Below, in pieces: positions 8,648 through 18,076 of a stretch of DNA of 64,000 nt. The stretch is from an uncultured Armatimonadetes bacterium. Lineage in GTDB: Bacteria; Armatimonadota; UBA5829; DTJY01. The stretch lies in contig OY970325.1 in the NCBI GenBank assembly GCA_963717145.1, positions 1,568,001 to 1,632,000 of the forward strand, in the 5' to 3' direction. The translations under genes were made by a program, and so were the position numbers. Under the pieces are notes generated by a model. It had not been told where the DNA came from, did not search any database, and saw only the letters and a program-made list of their open reading frames with translations. Position 1 is the first letter of the stretch; each line of letters starts with the position of its first letter.

Positions 8648-10060
8648 CTAACCCGCGATTTTTCGCAACTCGGCCTGGGCGTCTTTGTTATTGGGATCGA
8701 TCTCCAGCGTCTGGCGGAAAGCTTCGGCTGCCTCGGCAGTCATCCCCTTGTGCAGGTAGCATCGACCGAGCTTGAAGTAGGCATCGGTGTAGTTGACATC
8801 CTTCTCCACCGCGCGCTTGAGTAGCGTGATCGCAGTATCCCAGTCGTTCTCGCTCGAGAAGGAAGCAGCCTGCGTGTACAGCTCCTTCGGATCTGCGGTC
8901 GTTATCGGACCACCGCTCTTTCGCGCAGCCTTCCAAGGCATCGCCGGCGTCGGCACCCACGTCTTGTAGACGCTCTGACGCAGAGCATCCACTACGCCGG
9001 TGCGACGAGAACTGTTGAACGCAAAGCCGGCGACACCGTTCGTACCCTTCTCCCTGCTCTCCTTGATCTGAGCGATCAGCGTATCCGTGCTGCCGACACT
9101 GATCCCGTTATAGGCATGGCGGCTATGCGCCCACTTGACCATAGCTGCGGTCCACTCGCTGAACAGCTTGGCTTCGTCAGGGCTGGTCTTGTAGTTCATC
9201 GGCACCACCGCATCGATGATACCCTCTCTCGTCCAGCGCTCCCAATCCTGAAGCAGCATGTTGTACGGATGGGTATCCTTGAACTGCTCCTTCATCGCCT
9301 GGCTGCAGACCGTTGATCCGGTCACCTTGACCCACGGCTTGAGAGCCTTTGTGCCCTCGTAAATCTGCCGAACGAGATCGGTAACGCGGTCGCGCCGCCA
9401 CTGACACCATTGCGGATCGTCAGTGAACGGTGCGGCCTTGGTACCTTTCTCCTTCTGATACCTGGCGACGGCCAGATCGGAGTAGCCAAAAGTTGGGTCG
9501 TAGTAGCGCACGTAGTCGAAATGGATGCCGTCGACGTCGTACTTCTTGACGACATCCAGGTAGATCTTTGCCGTATAGTCCTGCACCTCGCGAATGCCCG
9601 GGTCGAGCTGGAACTGCCCGCTCTTGTCGAGCCGGCCCTCATTGGTGCGATTGATCCACTCGGGGTGCTTGTTGAAGACGTGGCCGGGGCTCTTCGGACG
9701 CCTGGTGCCCTGCCAGACCTTGTAGGTATTGATCCACGCGTGGATCTCGAGTCCGGCCGCATGCCCCCTCTTGAGGGCGTATGCCAGCATGTCGAAATCC
9801 GGATCCTTCAGGTTTTCGGCCTTGGGCTCGTAGGCAGAATCGTAGTACGAGTCGCCGGCCTTCCGGACCTGTATGAAAAGCGCATTCAGGTTCGCCTTGC
9901 GCGCCATGTCGATTGTCTCGTCCACCTGCTCAGGCGTGAGCAGGCCGTTCTCCCAGGCCGATACCCACATGGCTCGAAACTCCGGCTTCTCCTGACCCCA
10001 TGCCATGGAGCACAGGCAAAGAAGACCAACGATGGCAGACAACACCGCTCTGTTAATCAC
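8648..10060 (-). CDS. Glycosyl hydrolase-like 10 family (YddW/DigH-like) protein with C-terminal TPR
   Basis: EFRAMWV, LNALFIQVR, GLEIHAWIN, LDPG, YDVDGIHFDYVRY, QDW..W motifs; TPR at the C-terminus; GTG 10060 after GGAGG. Confidence 0.85.
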   Translation of the reverse strand: MINRAVLSAIVGLLCLCSMAWGQEKPEFRAMWVSAWENGLLTPEQVDETIDMARKANLNALFIQVRKAGDSYYDSAYEPKAENLKDPDFDMLAYALKRGHAAGLEIHAWINTYKVWQGTRRPKSPGHVFNKHPEWINRTNEGRLDKSGQFQLDPGIREVQDYTAKIYLDVVKKYDVDGIHFDYVRYYDPTFGYSDLAVARYQKEKGTKAAPFTDDPQWCQWRRDRVTDLVRQIYEGTKALKPWVKVTGSTVCSQAMKEQFKDTHPYNMLLQDWERWTREGIIDAVVPMNYKTSPDEAKLFSEWTAAMVKWAHSRHAYNGISVGSTDTLIAQIKESREKGTNGVAGFAFNSSRRTGVVDALRQSVYKTWVPTPAMPWKAARKSGGPITTADPKELYTQAASFSSENDWDTAITLLKRAVEKDVNYTDAYFKLGRCYLHKGMTAEAAEAFRQTLEIDPNNKDAQAELRKIAG

Positions 10061-10339
10061 ATATACCTCCAAAGTACCAGGGGAAACTCATCAATCGCGG
10101 AATGTGGTGACCACACTCACTCAGAAGTTTGACCTGCGTCGGGTTGATTCCTTCCCAATGCGGGCATATACACTATGGCAGAGACCGCCTGCTCTCTTGA
10201 ACGGCACTAGCAGGCCTGCTTAGAATGCATGAGTTGCGCCTCTCCCATTCTTAGACGCAGCCCGAGCGCCACTTGTGCACAATCCCGGAATACAATATAC
10301 TAAGAACAGCCTCAGAGACACCGGGACAAGGTGATTCAC

Positions 10340-11710
10340 ATGCGTACCAGGTTTTTCAAAGCTACCCTCATACTGAGCATCCTCGGCGCGATGCTCTCAA
10401 CCGGACTGATCGCCGCCAAAGCCCGATTAGCGCCCCATCAGCTCACAATCTTTTTCACCGGCGATGATTGGGGCAAGTACAAGTACTGCATATGACACAA
10501 TGAACTGGGCCTCGGTGGGGCCCCTAGACTGGCTACGTATCTTCGGCAGACGGCAGCGGCCGTTCCAAATCGCCTCGTCATCCATCTTGGCGACATGATA
10601 ATGGACGCCGGGAAGCCCGGCGCAATCCAACTCGACTTCTACCGTTTTGCGTTGCCCTACATGGGTTACGATATGGCCGGGATCGGCGAACTCGAGGTTC
10701 GCGCGTACAAGTACGTTGACGAGCAGTCGATCGCCGACTTGGGCGTGCCTCTGGTCTGTGCGAACGTTCTTCGGGAAAAGGACGGCAAACCACTGGTCGG
10801 TAAGCCCTATATCATCAGGAAGATGCCATCCGGGCTGCGCGTTGCTGTGATCGCCGTCGTTGGCGACGCAATTGTATATCCCGACCTGCAGAAGGAGTAC
10901 GGGGTCCGGGTACTACCACCTGCCGATGTCCTCAAGGCGAACATGGAGAAGCTCAGGAAAGAGGCCGACGTAATCGTCGTGCTGGCGCATGTCACCTATG
11001 ACGGCGCGGTCGCACTCGCCTCGCAGGTTCCCGGGATCGACGCGATCCTCAGCAGCCACCCTTCAACCGTTAAGAAGGATTACGAGAAGGTCGGAGATAC
11101 CGTCGTCATGCACTGCCGGAAGGACTATCAGTACGTCGGCAAGCTCACACTGGACATCAGTGCCGACGGCAAGATCACATCGTCCGCCGGAGAGCAGGTT
11201 CCACTGAACGACAAGCTCGCCGACGACGCGGAGATCGCCAAGCTGATCGAGACTGCTGACAAACGACGATCTGACCACTACGACAGAATGGCCAAGGAGC
11301 AGACCGCTCTGCTGAATGGCATTCAGACCGAGTTCCCACGGTTCGTCGGCGGTGGTCAGTGCGCGAAGTGCCACAAGGATATCGATAAGTCGTGGAAGAA
11401 GACAAAGCATGCCAAGGCGCATGATGCGCTGAAGGGAAAAAAGGACCCGAACGCGTTTCGCAACCCATACTGCCTGTCCTGCCACACAACCGGCTTCGAC
11501 CTGGAGAGCGGATTCAGTCGTGAAGCGTTGACGCCGCACCTGAAGAACGTGCAGTGCGAATCGTGCCACGGGGCCGGCTCCCTGCACGTTCAGAAGCCTA
11601 AGGAGCCCGGATACGGCAAGATTTCCGACGCGAATTGCCTCCGGTGTCACGACAGAGGCAATAGCCCCGACTTCGAGTACGAAAAGTATCTTGCCCAAGT
11701 GCGACATTAG
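10340..11710 (+). CDS. Putative selenoprotein: signal peptide + UshA-like metallophosphoesterase-fold domain with C-I-U + tetraheme cytochrome c domain
   Basis: ATG 10340 is in frame with ORF 10595..11710; single TGA at 10493-10495 (codon 52) in ...TGDDWGKYKYCI*HNELGLGGAPRLAT...; CxxCH x4 (CAKCH, CLSCH, CESCH, CLRCH). Confidence 0.88.
10507..10523 (+). promoter_or_regulatory. Candidate bacterial SECIS hairpin 1
   Basis: GGGCCTC-GGT-GGGGCCC begins 11 nt after the in-frame TGA. Confidence 0.8.
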
Positions 11711-11809
11711 GTGTACAATAGAAGGTGTTGTTCCGGCGATATATCGCCGGGGTAACCCGTGGGCACGCCACGCGCGCAATACATACATCATTCCGGACGG
11801 TCAATACTC

Positions 11810-13252
11810 ATGAAAGCAAGATTCTGCAGAGCCGTTATCTCGACGTTCCTCCTTGGTGTGATGATGCTTACGTCGGGCATCGTCGCCACTCGCTCCATGG
11901 CGGGGAAGGCGAAGATCACCCCAGGCCAGTTCACCATCTACTTCACCGGCGACGACTGGGCCGGCTACAAAGGTAGCTGTGGGTGACACAGCGAAGAGGA
12001 TCTCGGTGGGATCCACAAAAGAGCAACCTATCTGAAGAAGGCGCTGGAAGCCTCGCCCAACCGACTTCTCATTGATCTCGGCGATCTCGTGCCGGGACTC
12101 GGTGAGCCGGCGGAGATCAAGCTTGGCCTATACAAGACGGCGCTGCCCGCCATGAAGTACGACGTGATCGGCGTAGGCGAACTGGACGTGCGCACTATCA
12201 AGGACACCGGCAAGTCGCCCTTCGATAGCGCCAAGATCCCGCAGATCTGCGCGAATCTGGTGCTCGAAGACACGAAGAAACCGCTCCTCAAGACACCTTA
12301 TGTCATCAAGGAGATGCCGAGCGGCCTGCGCGTCGCGGTCATCGGCATCATAGGCAATACGACGATGAACCCCCAGATGGCCAAGCAGATGGGTGTCATA
12401 ACCATGCCGCCGGAACAGGCCGTCCGCAAGGCTATCGGATCCCTCAAGGGCAAGGCAGACATCTTTGTCGTGCTGGCCCATTCCGGTTACGATGAGGCCA
12501 AGAAGTTGGCCGAGGCTGTCTCGGGCGTTGACATCGTTCTGAGCAGTCACCCGTCGGCCGTTACTACCGACTTCGAGCGCGTGGGCGATAATATTCTCAT
12601 GCACTGCAAGGGAAACAGCAAGTACGTGGGGAAGCTCGTGCTCGACATCGATGCTGACGGCAAGATCACCTCGGCGACCGGCACTCAGGACCTTCTGGAC
12701 GCCAAGACTGAGAAGGACCCGGCGATGCAGAAGCTCATAGATGATACCGAGGCGGCCGTTCAGAAGTTTTACTCGAGCCAGAACCCCAGGGTCGGCGGAC
12801 CTCCTATGACCGGCGACGCATCGCCCCCACGCGAGGACCCCAGGCCGTTCGTCGGCGCTCAGAGATGCATTGGATGCCACTTGTCCATTCACCAAACATG
12901 GCAGAAGACCAAGCATGCCCAGGCGTTCGCGGACATGACCCAGAAAGACCCCAACGCGACGATGAACCCTCATTGTCTCTATTGCCATACAACCGGCTAT
13001 ATGGTCAACGGCGGCTACACGACCGAGACCGAGACTCCCCACCTGCGCAACGTACAATGTGAGTCGTGCCACGGACCCGGCAGCAAACACCTCCGCAACA
13101 CCCAGGAGAAGGGGTACGGCGCTACGACCGAGCTGACATGCCGCAAGTGTCACGATGGCGCCAACAGCCCGAAGTTCGACTACGCGAAGTACCGAGAGAA
13201 GATCGTTCACAAGGCTGCCTCACAGATTGTGAAACCTGCAGAGCAGAAATAA
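11810..13252 (+). CDS. Putative selenoprotein paralog 2: signal peptide + UshA-like domain with C-G-U + tetraheme cytochrome c domain
   Basis: ATG 11810 is in frame with ORF 12089..13252; single TGA at 11984-11986 (codon 59) in ...TGDDWAGYKGSCG*HSEEDLGGIHKRAT...; CxxCH x4 (CIGCH, CLYCH, CESCH, CRKCH). Confidence 0.9.
11998..12014 (+). promoter_or_regulatory. Candidate bacterial SECIS hairpin 2
   Basis: GGATCTC-GGT-GGGATCC begins 11 nt after the in-frame TGA; same geometry as hairpin 1 with compensatory changes. Confidence 0.8.
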
Positions 13253-13272
13253 CGTCTGCACTAGTAGGCGTG

Positions 13273-13305
13273 AACCAGAGGCTTCCCCTGGGAAGCCTCT
13301 GGTTT
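13273..13305 (+). terminator. Strong hairpin after the selenoprotein pair (possible terminator)
   Basis: AACCAGAGGCTTCCC-CT-GGGAAGCCTCTGGTT; only a short T tail. Confidence 0.55.
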
Positions 13306-13316
13306 GCCGCACAATC

Positions 13317-14495
13317 ATGGAAAAAAGGACCATCCTAATGTCATTCTCTCGCGCCACTCGCCAACTCGTCATCGTGCTCATGATGCTCATCCTGGCGTCG
13401 TGCGCCTCTGCCTATGCGGACAGCTTCAAGGATGAGGTCGACATGGGCAAGGAGGGGGCCGCCGAGGTCGCGAAACAGAGCAAGTTTCTCACTGACGAGA
13501 AGCTGGTCAAGCGAGTGGAGACGATCGGTGACGCGATCGCGACCGTTGCCGTCTCTCGAGAGGTCCCGGCGTCCTACGGCAACTCGAAGCTCGCGCCGTT
13601 CAAGTACACTTTTCAGATCATCGACGACAAGGATGTGAACGCATTCTGCCTGTCGGGAGGCTACGTCTATGTGAACAAGGGTCTGCTCGACTACGTTCAG
13701 TCCGACGACGAACTCGCAGGTGTCATGGCCCATGAAATCGCCCACGCATCCCATCACCATATCATGCAGCTCGTCAAGGAGCAGAACAAACAGATGCTGA
13801 CCATGGCCATCGCAATCCTCGCCGGATATGCGATCGGCGGGGGACAGGGGGTAAGCGAGCTGGCGATGGGAGCGAACCTCGTGGCAATCGCAAAGATGAG
13901 CGCATACGGTCAGAAAGCCGAGAACGACGCCAACGTTACGGCCGTCGAATACATGACATCCGCGAAGTATAACCCCGTCGGGATGCTGACGTTCATGGAG
14001 CGGCTCGCCCGCGATGAGGTCCGCAAGCCATACATCGACTGGGGCATCTACCGCACTCACCCGCCTTCCTACGAGCGAGCGAAGGCGATCTCCCAACAGA
14101 TTGAGAAGAACGGCATCAAGGTGAACCGCCGCCTGGTCACGAGCTACCTCAAGGTTACTCTGAAGCCGGACGATGAAAAGGACCCCAAGTCGGTGCAGAT
14201 ATCGGTGGCGGACATGCCGATCGTCAAGCTGGCGGACTCCGGCGGAGTGAAGGCCCAGGCGCGTGCGGAGGCAGTGGCGAAGATGATCGACGCCGCTTTC
14301 CTTGCAGGGGCCCAGATGCGTGACATCAAGATGGGCATCACCGGAAGGTACGTCAAGATCAAGGACACGATCGTCATCGAGCCGACTCAGGAGGACGCCG
14401 ATCTTGCCGGTGTCACGATCCAGAAGGTCGCGGCCGATGCGGCGAAGTCACTGCGCAAGGTACTCTGGCAGGAGCAGTTGGACGCGAGCTACTAG
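13317..14495 (+). CDS. M48-family zinc metallopeptidase, secreted
   Basis: DVNAFCLSGG, SDDELAGVMAHEIAH (HExxH), THP motif; start may be 13338. Confidence 0.88.
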   Translation: MEKRTILMSFSRATRQLVIVLMMLILASCASAYADSFKDEVDMGKEGAAEVAKQSKFLTDEKLVKRVETIGDAIATVAVSREVPASYGNSKLAPFKYTFQIIDDKDVNAFCLSGGYVYVNKGLLDYVQSDDELAGVMAHEIAHASHHHIMQLVKEQNKQMLTMAIAILAGYAIGGGQGVSELAMGANLVAIAKMSAYGQKAENDANVTAVEYMTSAKYNPVGMLTFMERLARDEVRKPYIDWGIYRTHPPSYERAKAISQQIEKNGIKVNRRLVTSYLKVTLKPDDEKDPKSVQISVADMPIVKLADSGGVKAQARAEAVAKMIDAAFLAGAQMRDIKMGITGRYVKIKDTIVIEPTQEDADLAGVTIQKVAADAAKSLRKVLWQEQLDASY

Positions 14496-14581
14496 GGAAA
14501 CAAGAATGAGAGCGGACAGGTGGATACCCGTCCGCTCTTCAAATCGCTAATGTGTCTGTCGAAGCAAGGGATCTGGGTGTG

Positions 14582-14722
14582 TCACTTGCTCTTCTTTTTG
14601 ATCCGGCCGCCTGTCAACTCCTCGATGGTCTGGGGCCGCTCGAAATCGATGTTGGCGTCGGAAGCATAGCCGCCCTTGCGTGCTGTCTCGGGCATTGGCC
14701 GTGGGGTTTTTGCCTTTGCCAA
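14582..14722 (-). CDS. Possible small basic protein (46 aa)
   Basis: GGAGGTGG SD then TTG; LAKAKTPRPMPETARKGGYASDANIDFERPQTIEELTGGRIKKKSK; hairpin at about 14509-14540 downstream. Confidence 0.45.
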   Translation of the reverse strand: MAKAKTPRPMPETARKGGYASDANIDFERPQTIEELTGGRIKKKSK

Positions 14723-14872
14723 GTTGCCATCCACCTCCCCTCTGAACCAGTTCTTTCTTACTTACCATGCCCAATACCAGCGGTATCTAAACATGTGAAG
14801 GCTAGGTTGATAGACAACTGGTGTGTTCCACGAAGTGCGCTTGGTCGCTCACCATGGCCTGTCGTTTCGTCC

Positions 14873-16045
14873 TCAAGTCTCAGGCTCCCGAAGGGCCCGG
14901 CATATCAGCGCCCAGGCCTTCTCTCTGATGCGCGTGAGCACGAGGATCAGCTCCCTGCTGCCGGTGAGCTTCATGCCGCGCTCGATCTCCTCCGGCTCGA
15001 ACGGGACGCCGCGCTTCTTGACGATGATCTTTCCCGCATCGAGTTCCCGCAGCCGCTTGTTCACGGACTTCGGAGCAAACGGCATGCTTTCCAGTATCTC
15101 GTACGCGTCCCCGAACGGACTCGGGACGAGATCATCCGCCGACAGGTATGCGATCCGGTCGGCGAGTTTCCACGCGGAGATGTCACGAGCCAACTGCTCC
15201 ACGAGATGCGCCCGCACGATGCAGGCGTCGGGCTCGATGAGATAGCGTCCCGGAGCGCGTACCTCCACCGGACCGACGGTCTCCTGGATCATCGTTGCCT
15301 GCTGGGGAAGAACCGTCGCCCGCTTCTCCGCCTTCTTCAGCCGGCCAAACCAGACCAGCGCCTCCTTGCGTTCACCGCCCTCGGAGAGGAACTCGATCTC
15401 GCCACCGAGCGACTCCAAGTCCTCATCCGGGGTCGCGGGGGAGAGCTTGATCGCACAGTCGGGAACCTCGCGGATCAGTCGCCGGATGAACTCGATCGAG
15501 GGATTGAGATCGGCAAGCTTCCGGACGCGGCGGCCTCCCTCTCTACGAGATGGATCGAGGAAAGCCGCGTCGCCCTCCAGGGGCATCTCCGCGATGTCGG
15601 CGCAGACGAACCGCACTCGGTCCGAGAGGCCATAGACAGCCACATTCCGCGCCGCCATCGCCAGTCGCACGGGATCCCGGTCGACGGCGATCACAGGACC
15701 TCTCGATGCCAGACCGATCGTGTCGCCACCGATCCCACAGCCGAGGTCGAGCACGGTCACGCCGTCAGGAAACCTCTCCGCCCGGTAGCGGGAGATCACC
15801 TCGCTGGACGCCTGCTCAAGGGCCTCGCGGACGAAGAACATCTCGTCGGCACGCGTGAACTTCCGGGCTGCGCGCTTCCGGAGGTCGAGCAACTCGAGTG
15901 CGGCGGAGGAAACATCAGGCGGGTAGCGCTTCCGAAGAGTGGTGAGCCGTGTGAGGAAGTCCCCCGACAGTGACTTCGCCAGGTCGATGAGTTCAGCGCC
16001 CTCGGAACTCAGCAGGAACTCGGCTGTCGGGAGGTCGATTGGCAT
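14873..16045 (-). CDS. Class I SAM-dependent methyltransferase with THUMP-like C-terminal region
   Basis: ALEQAS, VLDLGCGIGGD, FLDPSRR, IKLSP motifs. Confidence 0.85.
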   Translation of the reverse strand: MPIDLPTAEFLLSSEGAELIDLAKSLSGDFLTRLTTLRKRYPPDVSSAALELLDLRKRAARKFTRADEMFFVREALEQASSEVISRYRAERFPDGVTVLDLGCGIGGDTIGLASRGPVIAVDRDPVRLAMAARNVAVYGLSDRVRFVCADIAEMPLEGDAAFLDPSRREGGRRVRKLADLNPSIEFIRRLIREVPDCAIKLSPATPDEDLESLGGEIEFLSEGGERKEALVWFGRLKKAEKRATVLPQQATMIQETVGPVEVRAPGRYLIEPDACIVRAHLVEQLARDISAWKLADRIAYLSADDLVPSPFGDAYEILESMPFAPKSVNKRLRELDAGKIIVKKRGVPFEPEEIERGMKLTGSRELILVLTRIREKAWALICRALREPET

Positions 16046-16064
16046 GTTTTGAACCGCCGGAACC

Positions 16065-16199
16065 CGTAGGGGAGGCCTTCAACGGCCTCCCGTTCTGTGG
16101 GCGACCGTCGAAGGATCGCCCCTACGGCATGTGTGGGCGACGGTCGAAGGATCGCCCCTACGGCATGTGTGGGCGACCGTTGAACGATCGCCCCTACGG
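16065..16199. repeat. REP-like cluster: GTAGGGGAGGCC unit plus three tandem ~36-bp units ending GATCGCCCCTAC
   Basis: TGTGGGCGACCGTCGAAGGATCGCCCCTACGG at 16096, with variants at 16132 and 16168. Confidence 0.9.
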
Positions 16200-16210
16200 A
16201 GATGCACGGC

Positions 16211-16810
16211 TCATTCGCGCCCAAGGACGGGGACACCAACCTTGGTGAGCAGCCGCCCGAGACAGTAGACCGGTAGTCCAACCACGTTGAAGTAGTCGCC
16301 GACGATCCCCTCAATGAGCACGGCGGCGCGCTCCTGGATGCCGTATGCGCCGGCCTTATCGAGCGGCTCACCGGTGGCGACATAGGCGTCGATGGTGGCA
16401 TCCGACATCGCGCAGAACCGGACTTCGGTCCGTACGTAGTCGCACGCCGTCCGCGCTGTCTCACCATTCGAACGCCGGATCACGCATACGCCGGTGTAGA
16501 CGTAGTGCGAGCGCCCCGACAGCATCCGGAGCATCCGGCGCGCATCCTCCGCATCGACCGGCTTGCCAAGAACCTGCTCATCGGCGACGACTATGGTGTC
16601 CGCGCCGATCACAATGCCGTCATCGATGCGAACGGCCACATCCTGTGCCTTGGCAGTTGCGGATTGAAGCACGTGCTGATCCGGTGGCCACAAAGGGAGC
16701 GTGGACTCGTCGAAATCGCTCGGCATCACGCGGAACGGCAATCCGATGAGCCGAAGGAGTTCCTGCCTTCGCGGTGATGCCGAGGCGAGGATCAGTTCAG
16801 TTGTGGTCAT
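16211..16810 (-). CDS. maf: Maf-family nucleoside triphosphate pyrophosphatase
   Basis: LILASASPRRQELL, IGADTIV, GKP, DKAGAYGIQ, NVVGLP. Confidence 0.95.
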   Translation of the reverse strand: MTTTELILASASPRRQELLRLIGLPFRVMPSDFDESTLPLWPPDQHVLQSATAKAQDVAVRIDDGIVIGADTIVVADEQVLGKPVDAEDARRMLRMLSGRSHYVYTGVCVIRRSNGETARTACDYVRTEVRFCAMSDATIDAYVATGEPLDKAGAYGIQERAAVLIEGIVGDYFNVVGLPVYCLGRLLTKVGVPVLGRE

Positions 16811-16823
16811 ACGATCATACCGA

Positions 16824-16898
16824 CGGAACGGCACGGCGACCGTTCCCTACGCTGAAGAGCCACACTCGCGGAACGGCACGGCGACCGTTCCCTACGCT
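16824..16898. repeat. Two direct copies of a GTAG-type palindrome (CGGAACGGCACGGCGACCGTTCCCTACGCT)
   Basis: Identical 30-mers at 16824 and 16869. Confidence 0.85.
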
Positions 16899-17427
16899 AT
16901 TTGCCGCCATGCCGCTGAACCTCGAACCGATAGAGGCACACCGGCTCGCCATCATATATGCCGGCCTTGCGCATGGCGATCATCACCTGGTCCTCGACGG
17001 TGTCGACACCTTCGAGGTCGGGAAGCAGCAGCCCGCGCTTGTGCCCGCTCTCGACGATGACGCCGTACTTCTTCACATCGAGGTCGGCGAGCCCCTCCAC
17101 GGGCTCGGGCGCGCCCATCACATCGACTGTGTACTCCAGGTCGCCCAGTTCCCGCTCCTGCACGGCATCGAATCGTGGATCGCATGTGGATGCACTGATC
17201 GCGTTCTGCACGATCTCGGCGGCAAGATTCGATTGTGTAGGTTCGATCGTGCCGATACATCCCCTGAGCTGCCCGAACTTCTTGAGGCAGATGAAAGCCC
17301 CCGCTCGCTCAGCCAACTCGGGTGTCACCAAGAGTGGAGCGGGCTTTGTCTTGCCGGAACGCACATACTCCTCGACGGTCTCTCTGGCGAGACTGACCAG
17401 CGCATCATCCTCATTCTCTTTGCCCAT
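16897..17427 (-). CDS. amrA: AmmeMemoRadiSam system protein A (AMMECR1 domain)
   Basis: [22 protein letters not shown] motifs. Confidence 0.9.
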   Translation of the reverse strand: MGKENEDDALVSLARETVEEYVRSGKTKPAPLLVTPELAERAGAFICLKKFGQLRGCIGTIEPTQSNLAAEIVQNAISASTCDPRFDAVQERELGDLEYTVDVMGAPEPVEGLADLDVKKYGVIVESGHKRGLLLPDLEGVDTVEDQVMIAMRKAGIYDGEPVCLYRFEVQRHGGK

Positions 17428-17428
17428 G

Positions 17429-18040
17429 TCATCCCTCCGAAGCAGCCTTCCTGCCGAATCGGTTCTCTTTGCCCTGCATAAGGCGCACGATATTCGAACG
17501 GTGCTTGATGAAGACGTACACCGCGATGAAAACGCCGAAGATCTTGTATGCCGTTGGCGTCGGCTCTCGGGTTTGCCACATCATGATCGGAACGCTCGCA
17601 CATGCCAGCATCGACGCGACGGACACATATCGGGTGGCCGCAAACAACACGATCCAGATCCCGAACGCGATGGCGGCAAGCACGGGTACCAGCCCTATTC
17701 CAACTCCAAGACTTGTCGCAACGCCTTTGCCGCCCTTGAACTTCAGGAACACCGAGAGCGTGTGGCCCACAATGGCCATAACTCCACAACCGACCGCCAA
17801 CCACGCAGATTCCGGAGCGAACTGCTTGGCCATCAGAACCGGCACCAGTCCCTTGAGAACATCTGCAAGAAAAACGGTGATGCCGGGTCCGGGACCGAGC
17901 GTGCGGTAGACATTCGTGGCGCCGATGTTTCCGCTCCCGTGATCGCGGATATCGATCCCGCGCCAGGCTTTCCCGATAACGAGACCGAACGGAATGGCAC
18001 CGAGAAAGTAGCTCAGAATCAGCAGTATGGCGTAAGTCAT
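17429..18040 (-). CDS. plsY: Glycerol-3-phosphate acyltransferase PlsY
   Basis: [27 protein letters not shown] motifs. Confidence 0.96.
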   Translation of the reverse strand: MTYAILLILSYFLGAIPFGLVIGKAWRGIDIRDHGSGNIGATNVYRTLGPGPGITVFLADVLKGLVPVLMAKQFAPESAWLAVGCGVMAIVGHTLSVFLKFKGGKGVATSLGVGIGLVPVLAAIAFGIWIVLFAATRYVSVASMLACASVPIMMWQTREPTPTAYKIFGVFIAVYVFIKHRSNIVRLMQGKENRFGRKAASEG

Positions 18041-18076
18041 GGCGTTTCGATCACGATTACGAGTAGGAGTACGACC

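Noticed and set aside
10080-10330. Possible sRNA or riboswitch upstream of the selenoprotein genes
   Set aside because: Only weak promoter-like hexamers and short stems; no recognisable RNA motif
14552-15973. Long antisense ORFs (e.g. 14552..15973, 16958..18364, 41516..42898, 59376..60563)
   Set aside because: Shadow frames opposite well-supported genes, typical of GC-rich DNA, with no recognisable motifs
16096-16199. Three ~36-bp direct repeats resembling a CRISPR array
   Set aside because: Units abut with no unique spacers, match the dispersed REP family A, and no cas genes are present
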